From the NCBI GenBank assembly GCA_965199955.1, contig CBDATQ010000001.1:64001-128000 (forward strand): 64,000 nt of DNA, given 5' to 3'. Position 1 is the stretch's first letter, and every line of letters starts with the position of its first letter. The position numbers were made by a program, and so were the translations under genes. Shown one piece after another: positions 9,220-19,242 of the stretch. The notes under the pieces were generated by a model. The model worked only from the letters and a program-made list of their open reading frames with translations, did not search any database and was not told the DNA's origin. The stretch comes from Spirochaetia bacterium. GTDB lineage: Bacteria; Spirochaetota; Spirochaetia; SZUA-6; Bin103.

Positions 9220-10200
9220 TCAGCGCGCCCCTTCGCGGAGGGCTGCGCCGTCGCGCGCGAGGGACGCGCAGGCGTCCCTCACGGCGGCGAGGTGGTCGCT
9301 GCGCAGCGCGGCCAGCAGCTCCTGACGGCGCCCTTCGAGAAGCCGCATGATGCGCAGCAGCCCCAGGCGTTCGTCACGGCGCCGCTCGCGCGCCAGCTCT
9401 TCCTCCGTCCCGGAGAGCGCCAGCCGCCGCAGCTTCGCGGTCTGCTCGGTGGAGACGCGAACCAGCGCCCGGTCGACGGTCGCGGCCAGGACGCGCGCGT
9501 CGTTGAGCTCGCCCAGGACATCCTGCAGGCGCTTCAGCACCTCGGCCACCGTGGCGCCGTCGGTAAGGCCGCCGACGACGGGCTCCACCAGGTAGCGCAG
9601 GCGCTTCACGGACAGCCGAGCATCGTGGAGCTCGTCGCCACGGGCGGCTTCCGCGGTCGCCGCCAAGCGGGCGTCCGTGTCGGCGGCATACTGCAGCAGC
9701 CGCTCGCCGAACGCCCGGCCGTACGACACCGGCACCGGCACCGCCCGCTCCAGCCGCGCTCGCAGCTCCACGTCCAGCCGCTCGAAGCGGCTGCGCACCG
9801 CGGCGGCAGCGGCGGCCTGCCCGGCGTGCCGGCGCCGTCGCAGCCGCTCCAGCAGATGGTTGAGTCCGGCCCGCTCGCTGCGCCGCAGCCCCTGCCTCGT
9901 GCTCTCCAGCCAGACGATCTGCACCTCCGCGTCGCGGCCCCGGTTGGTCTGCCGCATCAGCCGGCGCAGTTCCGCCCGCACGCGCTTGCCGGCCGCCTTG
10001 CCCAGCCACGGCCGGTAGGCGCGCAGCACGCCGCGGCACCGCCTGAGCGCTACGCGGAAGTCGTGCAGGGCTTCGGGCTTGCCGGGGCGTCCCACCTGCC
10101 GGACCGCCCGCTCGGCCTGCGACAGGCAGCGGTCGACCAGCGCTGCCACCGTCTCCACCACCGGCCGCTCCAGCACACCGTCCCGCCGTGAGCTGTCCAT
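9220..10200 (-). CDS. CHAD-domain (polyphosphate-binding) protein
   Basis: EALHDFRVALRRCR, RDAEV, LHDARLSVKRLRY, LQDVLGELND. Confidence 0.9.
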   Translation of the reverse strand: MDSSRRDGVLERPVVETVAALVDRCLSQAERAVRQVGRPGKPEALHDFRVALRRCRGVLRAYRPWLGKAAGKRVRAELRRLMRQTNRGRDAEVQIVWLESTRQGLRRSERAGLNHLLERLRRRRHAGQAAAAAAVRSRFERLDVELRARLERAVPVPVSYGRAFGERLLQYAADTDARLAATAEAARGDELHDARLSVKRLRYLVEPVVGGLTDGATVAEVLKRLQDVLGELNDARVLAATVDRALVRVSTEQTAKLRRLALSGTEEELARERRRDERLGLLRIMRLLEGRRQELLAALRSDHLAAVRDACASLARDGAALREGAR

Positions 10201-10289
10201 CGAAACCTCGTACTATACCGACGCTGCATGGAACAACACAGCCGACCCTCGATCCAGATCGTGTGCGTTCACAACTCCCCGGCCGGACG

Positions 10290-11843
10290 TCAGGAGAGCT
10301 CGACGCGCATCCCGAAGACCTGATCCATCAGCTCCCCCTTGCGGGCCAGCGCCATCCGCTCCAGTGACAGGTCGCCCTGATACCCGCACTTCAGGCGCAG
10401 CACGTCCCCGACGCGCTCGGCGTCGAAGCGGTCGATGCGGCCCAGGTGGCTGACGTCCAGCGCGTCGGCGACCCGCAGGATCGCCGCCAGCTTGTTGACC
10501 ACCAGCCGCTGCCGGCGGGAGAGCTCCGCGTACATGGGGTGGGACATCGCAGGCAGCGCCCGGCGGTGGTAGCGCACGACGTTGGCGACCACCGCCGTGT
10601 CCCGCTCGTCGATGCCGAATACCTCGGAGTTGGCGACGATGTAGGCGCCGTGCTTGTGGTGGCCGGATGCCTTGATCAGCTTGCCGACCTCGTGCAGCAG
10701 CGCGGCCACGTTCAGCAGCAGCCGCTCGCGGTGGCCGAGCCCGTGATCGGCGGCCAGCAGGTCGAACAGGACCAGCGCCAGCCTGGTGACGTGGCGGACG
10801 TGCGGGTCCTCGGCGTGATACTTGCGCGCCACGCTCAGGGCCGAGGCGATCGTCTGCCGCTCGAACTCGCGGCGCGACTCCTCGTCGTCGAGCGCGGCGC
10901 TCAGCAGCACGCCCTCGCGGATGCTCAACTCCGGGACGATCACCTGCTGGGCGGCCGTCGACTCCAGAAACAGGTCGTAGACGATCAGGTCGGGCAGGAT
11001 GCCCTCGGCGTCCTCGTACGGGATCGAGAGCTCGTGGACGAGCTCCTCGACCCGCAGCGCCTGCAGGCCGCGGATCAGCTCCTGCAGCGCCGGGCGCTCG
11101 ATCAGCGAGCAGTGCTCGGCGATCCGCCGCCCGGCGCGCGAGGCGGCCAGCCGGATCACGCCGCCGCCTGCCACGAATCGGCGGATGTGCTTGAGCGGCT
11201 GCTCGTGGCTGAGCACCTCGCGCGTGGGGGCCACGGTCTCCGACAGCACGCGGCGCAGGCGCTCCGGATTGCCGTGCATGGGGCGCAGCATGTCCTCCAT
11301 GCGTGCGCTGCCCAGCTTCAGCGAGTGGACGAACGCCATCCGCCCGCGGCGCAGCAGCATGAACTCCGTGCTGCCCGTGCCGATCTGCATGATCAGGGAG
11401 TTCGAGCGCGCGAACCCCGGGATCGCAGCCTTGATGGCGTGCACGGCGCCCAGGTAGGTCAGCCGGTTCTCCTCCACGCCGTCGATCACGCGCACGTCCA
11501 GTCCGGTGCGGAGCGCGACCCGGTCGACGAAGGTGTCGCGGTTCTCGGCCTCGCGCAGCGCGCTAGTGGCGATCACGGTGGTCTCGCCGGGGCCGATCCC
11601 CCAGCCGCGCAGCAGCTCCTGGAAGGACGCCAGTGCATCCAGCGACGCGCCGATGGTGGTGCGGCTGGCCGTGCCGGAGCCGAACACGTCGTGGCCGAGC
11701 GGCACCGGCCGGTCCGCGCGGTCCAGGATGCGGATCGCCCCGGTCGCCTCGAACTCGCCGACCACCATGCGGATGGCGCTGGAGCCGATGTCGATCACCG
11801 CCCGTGCGGTGCCGTTGCGGCCGTCCGGCGCCCCGCCGCTCAT
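10290..11843 (-). CDS. ppx: Exopolyphosphatase Ppx/GppA with C-terminal HD domain
   Basis: VIDIGSSAIRM, ATSALREAEN, EENRLTY, IGTGSTE, SIREG, LLHEVG, HHKH, LRVADALD; ATG 11843 overlaps ROK stop. Confidence 0.9.
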   Translation of the reverse strand: MSGGAPDGRNGTARAVIDIGSSAIRMVVGEFEATGAIRILDRADRPVPLGHDVFGSGTASRTTIGASLDALASFQELLRGWGIGPGETTVIATSALREAENRDTFVDRVALRTGLDVRVIDGVEENRLTYLGAVHAIKAAIPGFARSNSLIMQIGTGSTEFMLLRRGRMAFVHSLKLGSARMEDMLRPMHGNPERLRRVLSETVAPTREVLSHEQPLKHIRRFVAGGGVIRLAASRAGRRIAEHCSLIERPALQELIRGLQALRVEELVHELSIPYEDAEGILPDLIVYDLFLESTAAQQVIVPELSIREGVLLSAALDDEESRREFERQTIASALSVARKYHAEDPHVRHVTRLALVLFDLLAADHGLGHRERLLLNVAALLHEVGKLIKASGHHKHGAYIVANSEVFGIDERDTAVVANVVRYHRRALPAMSHPMYAELSRRQRLVVNKLAAILRVADALDVSHLGRIDRFDAERVGDVLRLKCGYQGDLSLERMALARKGELMDQVFGMRVELS

Positions 11844-12802
11844 GCCAGCGACTCCTGCGCCAGCGCCGCCGCACCGCGCACGACCGCCTCGTCGCCGAGG
11901 GTCGCCGCGACGACCTCGACCCCCTCGCCCAGTGACGGCAGCGCGTGCCGGCGCATCGAGTCGGCCGTGCGCTCGACCAGCCAGTCGCCGAGCTTCTCCA
12001 CCAGGCCGCCGCCCAGCACCACCATCTCCGGGTTGAGCAGGTTGACGCAGTTGGCGATGCCGATGCCCAGACGCTCCGCCGCCCGCTCCAGAAGCTCGAC
12101 GCCCGGCTGCTCGCCGGCGGCCAGCACGCGCGCGATCATCTTGCTGCGCACCGACCGCACATCCGTTCCGGCCTTTGCGGCAACGGCCGGCGCCTTGCCG
12201 ATCGCGGCCTGGGCGATCAGGTCGCGCGCGATGGCGCTGCGGCTGGCCAGCGCCTCCAGGCACCCGTATTGCCCGCAGCCGCACAGCGGCCCGTGGAGCT
12301 GCACGATCATGTGGCCGATCTCCCCGGCGTTGCCGTTGGCGCCGCGGTAGAGGCGGCCGTCCAGCACCAGCCCGCCGCCGATCCCGGTGCCCGGGAACAC
12401 CCCGACCACGTGCCGGCGGCCGCGCGCCGCGCCGAAGCGGTGCTCGCCGTAGGTGCCGGCGCTGACGTCGTTCTCGACGGCCACCGGAACACCGAACGCA
12501 TCCTGCAGGCAGTCCCGGATAGGGAAGTCGGCAACGCCCAGGTTCGGCGAGCCGGTCAAGGTGCCGCGCTGCGCGTCCATCGGTCCCGGCGCGCCGATAC
12601 CGATCGCGGCCACGGCCGACCGCTTGACCTTGGCGTCCTCCAATGCCGCCTGCACGGTGCCGACCAGACCCATCGCCAGGCCGCGCGCGCCGGCGGTAGG
12701 GTCGGTCGTGCGCTTGTTCAACCCCAGCGCCTTCGCGCCGCGGTACACGGTCGCGAGCATCTTCGAGCCGCCGAGGTCGATGCCGACCACCAGCGCATCC
12801 AT
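11840..12802 (-). CDS. ROK-family sugar kinase
   Basis: GIDLGGSK, VENDV, GTGIGGG, AGEIGH, CGCGQYGCLE zinc motif. Confidence 0.9.
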   Translation of the reverse strand: MDALVVGIDLGGSKMLATVYRGAKALGLNKRTTDPTAGARGLAMGLVGTVQAALEDAKVKRSAVAAIGIGAPGPMDAQRGTLTGSPNLGVADFPIRDCLQDAFGVPVAVENDVSAGTYGEHRFGAARGRRHVVGVFPGTGIGGGLVLDGRLYRGANGNAGEIGHMIVQLHGPLCGCGQYGCLEALASRSAIARDLIAQAAIGKAPAVAAKAGTDVRSVRSKMIARVLAAGEQPGVELLERAAERLGIGIANCVNLLNPEMVVLGGGLVEKLGDWLVERTADSMRRHALPSLGEGVEVVAATLGDEAVVRGAAALAQESLA

Positions 12803-12880
12803 GGGCACCTCTCACGCGGGGCGGCCGAACTCTGCCGCCCGCGTTGCGATTCTCCGATGATTGGGCGCTATCATGCCAGC

Positions 12881-15121
12881 ATGTCCGCCAGCGGGACCCC
12901 GGACGCCGCTACCCCCGCGACCTCGCCGGCGAGAGCGCGCCCTCGGGAGGCCGGCCACCTGCCGCCGGCACGCTATCTCGACGGGGCGCTGAGCTGGCTG
13001 GCGTTCAACCGCCGCGTGCTGGACCGGGCGGACACGGCCGCCACGCCGCTGCTGGAGCGCCTGCGCTTCCTGAGCATCGTCGGCACCAATCTGGACGAGT
13101 TCTTCATGGTGCGGGTGCCCGCGCTACGGCGCGCCGGCGACGCCGGCCGCCGGCTGGCTGAGGTACGCGGCCGCGTCGAGCGCATCGTGCGCGGCCAGAC
13201 CGACTGCCTGCGCCGGCGGGTGCTGCCGCCGCTGACCGATGCCGGGGTGCGCATCCTTGAGCGCGACGCCTACCCGCTCGGCACCCTGGAACTGCTGCGA
13301 GACCACTTCCGGAGCCAGATCCACCCGGCCCTCACCCCGGTGCGCATCACGGGCGAGGAGCGGGTGCCGCTGCCGAGCCTGCGGCTGCACGTGGGCTTCC
13401 TGCTGGAGCCGGCCGACGAGCAGGCACGGTCCGCGTCCGCCGCGGCCACGGCCGGCGGCGCCGGTCCCGTGGTCGCCGTGGTGCCGCTGCCGGGCACCCT
13501 CGACCGGCTGGTGCCGGTCCCGCGGGAGGGCGCGGGCACCGGCCGAGGGAGTGAAGCGGGATCAGCACATCAAGGCGCCGGCCGCCGAGCACCAGCCGTC
13601 ACCTACGCGCTACTGGAGGACCTGGTCGCCGGCAACGCCGACCTGCTGTTTCCCGGCTTCCGCATCCTGGACAGCATCCGGTTCCGCGTCACCCGCTCGG
13701 GTGACGCAGAGGTGGACGAGCTGCGCGACGACGACTTCGTCGAGGCCATGGAAGAGGTCATCTCGGCGCGGCGCGGCGGGGTGGCGGTGCGCCTGGAGGT
13801 GTCGGACGCCGACTGCGAGCTGTGCCGGGTGCTGGCCGCCGAGCTGGCGATGGAGCCGGCGGACGTTTATGCCTGCGACGGGCCGATGGACCTGGCCGGC
13901 TGGTCCAGCCTGGTCGACATGCCGGGGCTCGACCGCCTGCGGTTCGAGCCGTGGGAGCCGGTGCGCCCGCTCTGGCTGGACGGCAGCGAGCCGATCTGGG
14001 ACGTGATCCGCACGCGCGACCGCATGCTGCACCACCCCTACGAGTCGTTCGACGCCGTCGTGCACCTGCTGAAGCAGGCCGCGGACGATCCCGACGTGCT
14101 GGCGATCAAGATGACGCTGTACCGGGTGTCGCGGGAGTCGCCGATCGTGGCCGCGCTGGGACGGGCGGCGGAGGCGGGCAAGCAGGTGACGGTGCTGGTG
14201 GAGGTGAAGGCACGCTTCGACGAGGAGCGCAACCTGGAGCGTGCGGCGCTCCTGGAGCGGCAGGGCGCGATCGTCGTGTACGGGATCGCGTGGCACAAGG
14301 TGCACGCGAAAGCGCTCCTGATCGTCCGCCGCGAATCCGGCCGCATCCGCCGCTACGTCCACCTGGGGACCGGCAACTACCGGGACGACACGGCGCGCCT
14401 GTACACGGACGTCGGGCTCCTGACCGCCGACGACGAGCTGGCCATGGAGGCCGGCCTGTTCTTCAACGCGATCACCGGCTACTCCACGGTCCCGAACCTG
14501 CGCCGCCTGACGATGGCGCCCACCGCCCTCAAGCAGCGCCTGCTGGCCATGATCGAGCGCGAGGCGGCGCGGCCGGCGAACGAAGAGCCGCTGATCATGG
14601 CCAAGCTCAACCAGCTCACCGACCGCGACGTGATCGACACCCTGTACGCCGCCTCGCGCGCCGGCGTCACCATCAAGCTGAACGTACGCGGCGAGTGCCT
14701 GCTGATCCCGGAGCGGCGCGGCATGAGCCGCAACATCACGGTGGTGTCGGTCATCGACCGCTACCTCGAGCACGCACGCCTGCTCTACGTGCGCGCAGGC
14801 GGCGCCGACGAGTGCTACCTGGCGAGCGCCGACTGGATGCCGCGCAACCTCAGCCGCCGCGTGGAGCTGATGGTCCCGATCGCGGAGCCGCGCCTGAAGC
14901 GCCGCGCACTGGAGATACTGGAATCAGCGTTCTCGGACAACACCAACGCCTACCGGCTGCGCAGCGACGGCACGTACGTCCGGGTGAGGCGGTCCTCGGC
15001 GGACGAGCCCTTCCATCGAAGCCAGGAGGCCATGCACGAGGCGGCCGGGCGGCGCGCCCGCACCGAGCTCGGCGAGCCGGCCGGCAAGCTGATCGCCCGC
15101 CGGCCGCGCCCGGAGCGCTGA
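12881..15121 (+). CDS. ppk1: Polyphosphate kinase 1
   Basis: LSWLAFNRRVL, NLDEFFMVRV, LHHPYESF, IKMTLYR, VEVKARFDEE, KVHAK, HLGTGNY, RYLEHAR, SADWMPRNL. Confidence 0.95.
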   Translation: MSASGTPDAATPATSPARARPREAGHLPPARYLDGALSWLAFNRRVLDRADTAATPLLERLRFLSIVGTNLDEFFMVRVPALRRAGDAGRRLAEVRGRVERIVRGQTDCLRRRVLPPLTDAGVRILERDAYPLGTLELLRDHFRSQIHPALTPVRITGEERVPLPSLRLHVGFLLEPADEQARSASAAATAGGAGPVVAVVPLPGTLDRLVPVPREGAGTGRGSEAGSAHQGAGRRAPAVTYALLEDLVAGNADLLFPGFRILDSIRFRVTRSGDAEVDELRDDDFVEAMEEVISARRGGVAVRLEVSDADCELCRVLAAELAMEPADVYACDGPMDLAGWSSLVDMPGLDRLRFEPWEPVRPLWLDGSEPIWDVIRTRDRMLHHPYESFDAVVHLLKQAADDPDVLAIKMTLYRVSRESPIVAALGRAAEAGKQVTVLVEVKARFDEERNLERAALLERQGAIVVYGIAWHKVHAKALLIVRRESGRIRRYVHLGTGNYRDDTARLYTDVGLLTADDELAMEAGLFFNAITGYSTVPNLRRLTMAPTALKQRLLAMIEREAARPANEEPLIMAKLNQLTDRDVIDTLYAASRAGVTIKLNVRGECLLIPERRGMSRNITVVSVIDRYLEHARLLYVRAGGADECYLASADWMPRNLSRRVELMVPIAEPRLKRRALEILESAFSDNTNAYRLRSDGTYVRVRRSSADEPFHRSQEAMHEAAGRRARTELGEPAGKLIARRPRPER

Positions 15122-15159
15122 AGCGGCGCTCGGAGCCGGAGGCAGCTCGGAGCTGGGGC

Positions 15160-15825
15160 TCAGAGCTCGACGCGCTGGCCGGTCGTCACGTAGACCGCGG
15201 CTTCGCAGATGTTGGTGGCCTGGTCGCCGACCCGCTCGTACTGCTTTGCCACGAACAGCAGGGCCTGCGCCTGCGCGATCGTCTTCGGTGACTCCATCAT
15301 ATAGGTGAGCAGCTCGCGGAACATCTGCGAGTAGGTATTGTCGATCAGGTCGTCGCTGGCCGCCACGTCCTGGGCGGCCAGCTCGTCGCGGTTGACGAAG
15401 GCGTGCACGGAGTCGCGCACCATCTGCGTGGCGCGGTCCGCCATCAGGTTCATGGAGATCAGCGGCTTGATGTACTTCTCGGATGCCAGCTTCTGAGCCA
15501 CCTTGGCGACGTGCACGGCCAGATCGCCGATCCGCTCCAAGGCGATGACAACGTGCAGGGAAGTGATGATGAAGCGCAGGTCGGTGGCCACCGGCTGTTC
15601 GCGGGCCACGATCTTGTTCACGTAGTCCTCGATCTCGTAGGTAGCCTGATTGACCGAGTCTTCCCCCACCAGGACGTGCTCGGCCATCTCCTCATTCTGG
15701 CTCAGCAGCGCCTTGGTCGCCTGGCCCACAGCCGACTCGACCGCCTGGGCCAGGTCCAGCAGGCGCTGCTCCAGCTCCTCGATCTCGCGCTCGAACTGAT
15801 GACGGAGCGGTTGCGGCTCACTCAC
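15160..15825 (-). CDS. phoU: Phosphate signalling complex protein PhoU
   Basis: QPVATDLR, LERIGDLA, DDLID, ERVGDQATNICE. Confidence 0.93.
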   Translation of the reverse strand: MSEPQPLRHQFEREIEELEQRLLDLAQAVESAVGQATKALLSQNEEMAEHVLVGEDSVNQATYEIEDYVNKIVAREQPVATDLRFIITSLHVVIALERIGDLAVHVAKVAQKLASEKYIKPLISMNLMADRATQMVRDSVHAFVNRDELAAQDVAASDDLIDNTYSQMFRELLTYMMESPKTIAQAQALLFVAKQYERVGDQATNICEAAVYVTTGQRVEL

Positions 15826-15837
15826 GGTTGCCTCCTG

Positions 15838-15884
15838 CGGAGTCTGTCGGATCGGCGCTCCGGCGACACATCCGACAGACTCCG
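15838..15884. repeat. Perfect 15-bp inverted repeat (stem-loop) between the lipoprotein gene and phoU
   Basis: CGGAGTCTGTCGGAT-17 nt-ATCCGACAGACTCCG. Confidence 0.85.
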
Positions 15885-15891
15885 TCCCTGT

Positions 15892-16407
15892 CTATCCCGT
15901 CGCGGCCTGCCAGGCCGCCAGGTACTCGTCGATCACCTCGCTGCCGACCGCCTTGATGGTCAGGCCGAACGGTCCGGCTTGCGGCCGCACCACCCGCCTG
16001 GCGGGCTCGCCGGTCTGCAGGAACGAGTCCAGCTCGGCGCTTCCGGCCTTGAACACCCACAGCCGGCCTTCCTCCATCTGCGTGTAGAAACCCGGCAGCG
16101 TGGTCAGGTACTCGTCGATCGTGGCGCTCTCGGTGGACTTCACCGTCACCCCGCCCGGCGCGGCCAGCGGCCGTACCACCTGCCTGGCGGGCTCACCGGA
16201 CTCCTGAAACGCGGCAAGGTCGTCAGACCCTTCGCGGAACACCCATAGCCGGCCTTCGTCTTCCAGGACGACGAAGCCGGGCTTGGCGTACGTCTCCAGA
16301 TCCAGCGGCGGTTGCTCGGCCGCGGTCGCGCATCCGGCGACCAGCGCTCCGGCCAGCACCAGCATCACGGCCGGCGCCATGAGATCCGCTCTCTTGCGAA
16401 TTCCCAT
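15892..16407 (-). CDS. Hypothetical lipoprotein with two ~60-aa tandem repeats, inside the pst operon
   Basis: Lipobox LVAGC; repeats GF..EGRLWVF..GS..L..F...GEPAR.VVRP...P.G.T.K......IDEYL; GGAGGAG RBS. Confidence 0.8.
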   Translation of the reverse strand: MGIRKRADLMAPAVMLVLAGALVAGCATAAEQPPLDLETYAKPGFVVLEDEGRLWVFREGSDDLAAFQESGEPARQVVRPLAAPGGVTVKSTESATIDEYLTTLPGFYTQMEEGRLWVFKAGSAELDSFLQTGEPARRVVRPQAGPFGLTIKAVGSEVIDEYLAAWQAATG

Positions 16408-16459
16408 TCCACTCCTCCTCCAGTGCGTTGGGCTTTGTTCATTCCCGGTTTCGGCCGGC

Positions 16460-17410
16460 TCATCCGAACCGGCCGCTGATGTAGTCTTCCGTCTCCTGCA
16501 ACTGGGGCTTCAGGAACACGTCCTCCGTCGGCGCGAACTCGATGAGCCGGCCCAGGTACATGAATGCGGTGATGTCGCTGACCCGCGAGGCCTGCTGCAT
16601 GTTGTGGGTGACGATCAGGATCGTGTAGCTGCCTTTCAGCTCGTGGATCAGATCCTCGATCTTGCTGGTGGCGATCGGGTCCAGGGCGCTGGCCGGCTCG
16701 TCCATGAGCAGTACCTCCGGCTCCGCGGCCACCGCACGCGCGATGCACAGCCGCTGCTGCTGGCCGCCGGACAGTCCCAGGGCGCTCTCCTGCAGCCGAT
16801 CCTTGACCTCCTCCCAGAGCGCGGCCCCCACCAGCGCGCGATGGCAGACCGAGTCCAGCACCTGCTTGTCCCGTTCGCCGTCTATCCGCAGGGGATAGAC
16901 GACGTTCTCGTAGATGCTCATGGGGAAGGGGTTCGGTTTCTGCGCCACCATCCCCATGCGCTTGCGCAGCTCGATCACGTCGGTGCCGGGCGCGTAGATC
17001 GAGTCCCCGGACAGCCGCATGTCACCCTCGATGCGGACGGTGTCGACCAGGTCGTTAAGCCGGTTCACCGACCGCAGCAGCGTCGACTTGCCGCAGCCGG
17101 ACGGCCCGATCAGCGCCGTCACCTTGCCGAACGGGACCCTCATCGACACGTCGAACAGCGCCTGCGCCGCGCCGTACCAGAGGTTGAAGCAGTCCACCTC
17201 CAGCACGCTCTGAAGCTCCAGCGTGCTCGGGTGCACGGCGGCCCTGACGTCGCCGCCGGCGGCGACGCGCTCCAGCAGGTTCTCCCGGACGGAACCCGCC
17301 GCCCCACCCCGCGGGCGGCCCTCCGCGTGTGCGGCGCCATCGGCGGCCGGGGTGCGCGGCCGGTCCACCGTGAGGCGAACCTGATCACTGCGGTCTCTGG
17401 CGGGGTGCAT
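16460..17410 (-). CDS. pstB: Phosphate ABC transporter ATP-binding protein
   Basis: [54 protein letters not shown] 17410 follows an RBS after the pstA stop. Confidence 0.93.
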   Translation of the reverse strand: MHPARDRSDQVRLTVDRPRTPAADGAAHAEGRPRGGAAGSVRENLLERVAAGGDVRAAVHPSTLELQSVLEVDCFNLWYGAAQALFDVSMRVPFGKVTALIGPSGCGKSTLLRSVNRLNDLVDTVRIEGDMRLSGDSIYAPGTDVIELRKRMGMVAQKPNPFPMSIYENVVYPLRIDGERDKQVLDSVCHRALVGAALWEEVKDRLQESALGLSGGQQQRLCIARAVAAEPEVLLMDEPASALDPIATSKIEDLIHELKGSYTILIVTHNMQQASRVSDITAFMYLGRLIEFAPTEDVFLKPQLQETEDYISGRFG

Positions 17411-17424
17411 CTGGCAGACCTCTC

Positions 17425-19242
17425 CTAGAACTGGCTTCCCGCGAAGCGGCGGTGCAGCCGGCTGCGCAGCCGGATCGCCGTGACGTTGAGCAGCACAACG
17501 ATCAGGATCAGCAGCAGCGTCGACGTGAACACCATGGGGATGGCCGCTTCGCTGTTCTGGCTCTGGAAGCCGACGTCGAAAATGTGAAAGCCCAGGTGCA
17601 TGAAGCTGCGCTCCAGGTGCACGAACGGGAAATAGCGGTCGATTGGCAGCTCGGGCGCGAGCTTCACCGCGCCGACCAGCATCAGCGGCGCCACCTCGCC
17701 CGCGCCGCGCGCCATCGCCAGGATCATGCCGGTCATGATGCCGGGCATCGCGCGCGGCATGACGATCCGCTTGATCGTCTGCCACTTGCTGGCCCCGCAG
17801 GCATAGGACCCTTCGCGCATCGAACCGGGCACGGCGGCCAGCGCCTCCTCGGTGGCGACGATCACCACCGGCAGCGTCAGCAGCGCCAGCGTCAGGGACG
17901 CCCACAGGATGCCGCCGGTGCCGAAGGTGGGGCTGGGCAGCTTCGCGCGGAACAAGAGCTCGTCGATGCCGCCGCCGATCAGGTAGCTGAAGAAGCCCAG
18001 GCCGAACACGCCGAAGACGATGCTAGGCACGCCGGCCAGGTTGTTGATCGCGATCCGCACGATCGACACCAGGCGTCCCGGCCTGGCGTACTCGCGCAGG
18101 TAGAGCGCGGCGATCACCCCGAACGGGACCACGGCGAGCGACATCAGGAGGGTCATCACCACCGTGCCGAAGATCGCCGGGAAGACGCCGCCTTCGCGGT
18201 TGGCCTCACGCGGGTCGGCGGTCAGGAACTCCGCCCACCGCGACAGGTAGATGCCCAGCTTGCGCGGCAGGCCGAGCCGGTTGGCCGGGTAGCCGCGCAC
18301 GACCTGGCCGAGCGGCACCAGCACCTCGGCGCCGTCGGAGAGCCGCATCGACAACTGGTAGCGCTCGCTCGCTCGCTGCAGCTCGTCGATCCGGGCGCGG
18401 ATCTGCGCATATTCCGCGTTCGCCTCCGCATCGACGGACGCCGCCTTCTCCAGCTCGGAGGCGAGCTTGTCCCCGGCGGCCGCGATCGTGGACGCGCTGC
18501 CTCCGGCGCGGGCGTCGTCGAGCGCCAGCGCGGCTTCGCGCACGCGCAGCCGCGCCGTCTCCAGGCGGTGATTCACGTCGCCGATGTCGCGCCGTTCCAG
18601 CCGCCTGCGCTCGGCCCGCCAGCCCTCCACGGCCGGGTGGTGCCGCTCGAACTCCCTCCAGGCGGCCTCCGCGCCCTCGGCGGTCGCCGCGCCGTCGACC
18701 AGGAACGCCGCCGGCTCGCCGTAGAATCGCCCCCAGGTCAGCCGCTCGAAGATTACCGCCCATTCCGGGGCGCTCCGCCCGGCCAGAGCGAAGTCGTCCA
18801 CCCACGTGAAGTGCGCGCCGGTCACGTCGAAGTTGCCGGTCCGCACCAGCCAGCGCGTGGACCAGCCGCGCTGCCGCTCCAGCAGCTCCCTCGCCGGCTC
18901 CTGTGCGGCGGCAGGCAGCGAGTCGATCGCGCCGGCGGCCGGTTGGTAGCGGTCGCGGCGGGTCACCTCGCCCAGGTGAACGGAGCCGTCGGCCATCTCG
19001 AAGCGGGCCAGCGGCGCCGGCCAGAAGGTGCCGAGACCGCGCATCAGGATCAGCAGCAGCAGCCCCAGGGTCATCACCAGGGCGATCGCCAGCGTGCCGG
19101 CGGTCAGCCACATCATCGGCTGTCCCTGCGCGGCCAGCGAGGCGCCGCTGCTCACGAGGCGGCGCGGCGCGGCGGGCCCGGCGGCGGCCAACCCGGCCGG
19201 GGGTGCGACCTCGAAGGCGCTCGGAGCGACGGTCGACTTCAC
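17425..19242 (-). CDS. pstA: Phosphate ABC transporter permease PstA (long form with soluble coiled-coil insert)
   Basis: [42 protein letters not shown]. Confidence 0.9.
   Translation of the reverse strand: MKSTVAPSAFEVAPPAGLAAAGPAAPRRLVSSGASLAAQGQPMMWLTAGTLAIALVMTLGLLLLILMRGLGTFWPAPLARFEMADGSVHLGEVTRRDRYQPAAGAIDSLPAAAQEPARELLERQRGWSTRWLVRTGNFDVTGAHFTWVDDFALAGRSAPEWAVIFERLTWGRFYGEPAAFLVDGAATAEGAEAAWREFERHHPAVEGWRAERRRLERRDIGDVNHRLETARLRVREAALALDDARAGGSASTIAAAGDKLASELEKAASVDAEANAEYAQIRARIDELQRASERYQLSMRLSDGAEVLVPLGQVVRGYPANRLGLPRKLGIYLSRWAEFLTADPREANREGGVFPAIFGTVVMTLLMSLAVVPFGVIAALYLREYARPGRLVSIVRIAINNLAGVPSIVFGVFGLGFFSYLIGGGIDELLFRAKLPSPTFGTGGILWASLTLALLTLPVVIVATEEALAAVPGSMREGSYACGASKWQTIKRIVMPRAMPGIMTGMILAMARGAGEVAPLMLVGAVKLAPELPIDRYFPFVHLERSFMHLGFHIFDVGFQSQNSEAAIPMVFTSTLLLILIVVLLNVTAIRLRSRLHRRFAGSQF

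Noticed and set aside
10290..12815. Apparent 841-aa ROK-Ppx fusion
   Set aside because: The N-terminal part is an off-frame read of the ROK gene; ppx starts at 11843 via an ATGA overlap
11945..12880. Long N-terminal extension of Ppk1 in the ORF track
   Set aside because: Antisense to the ROK gene; Ppk1 similarity begins after ATG 12881
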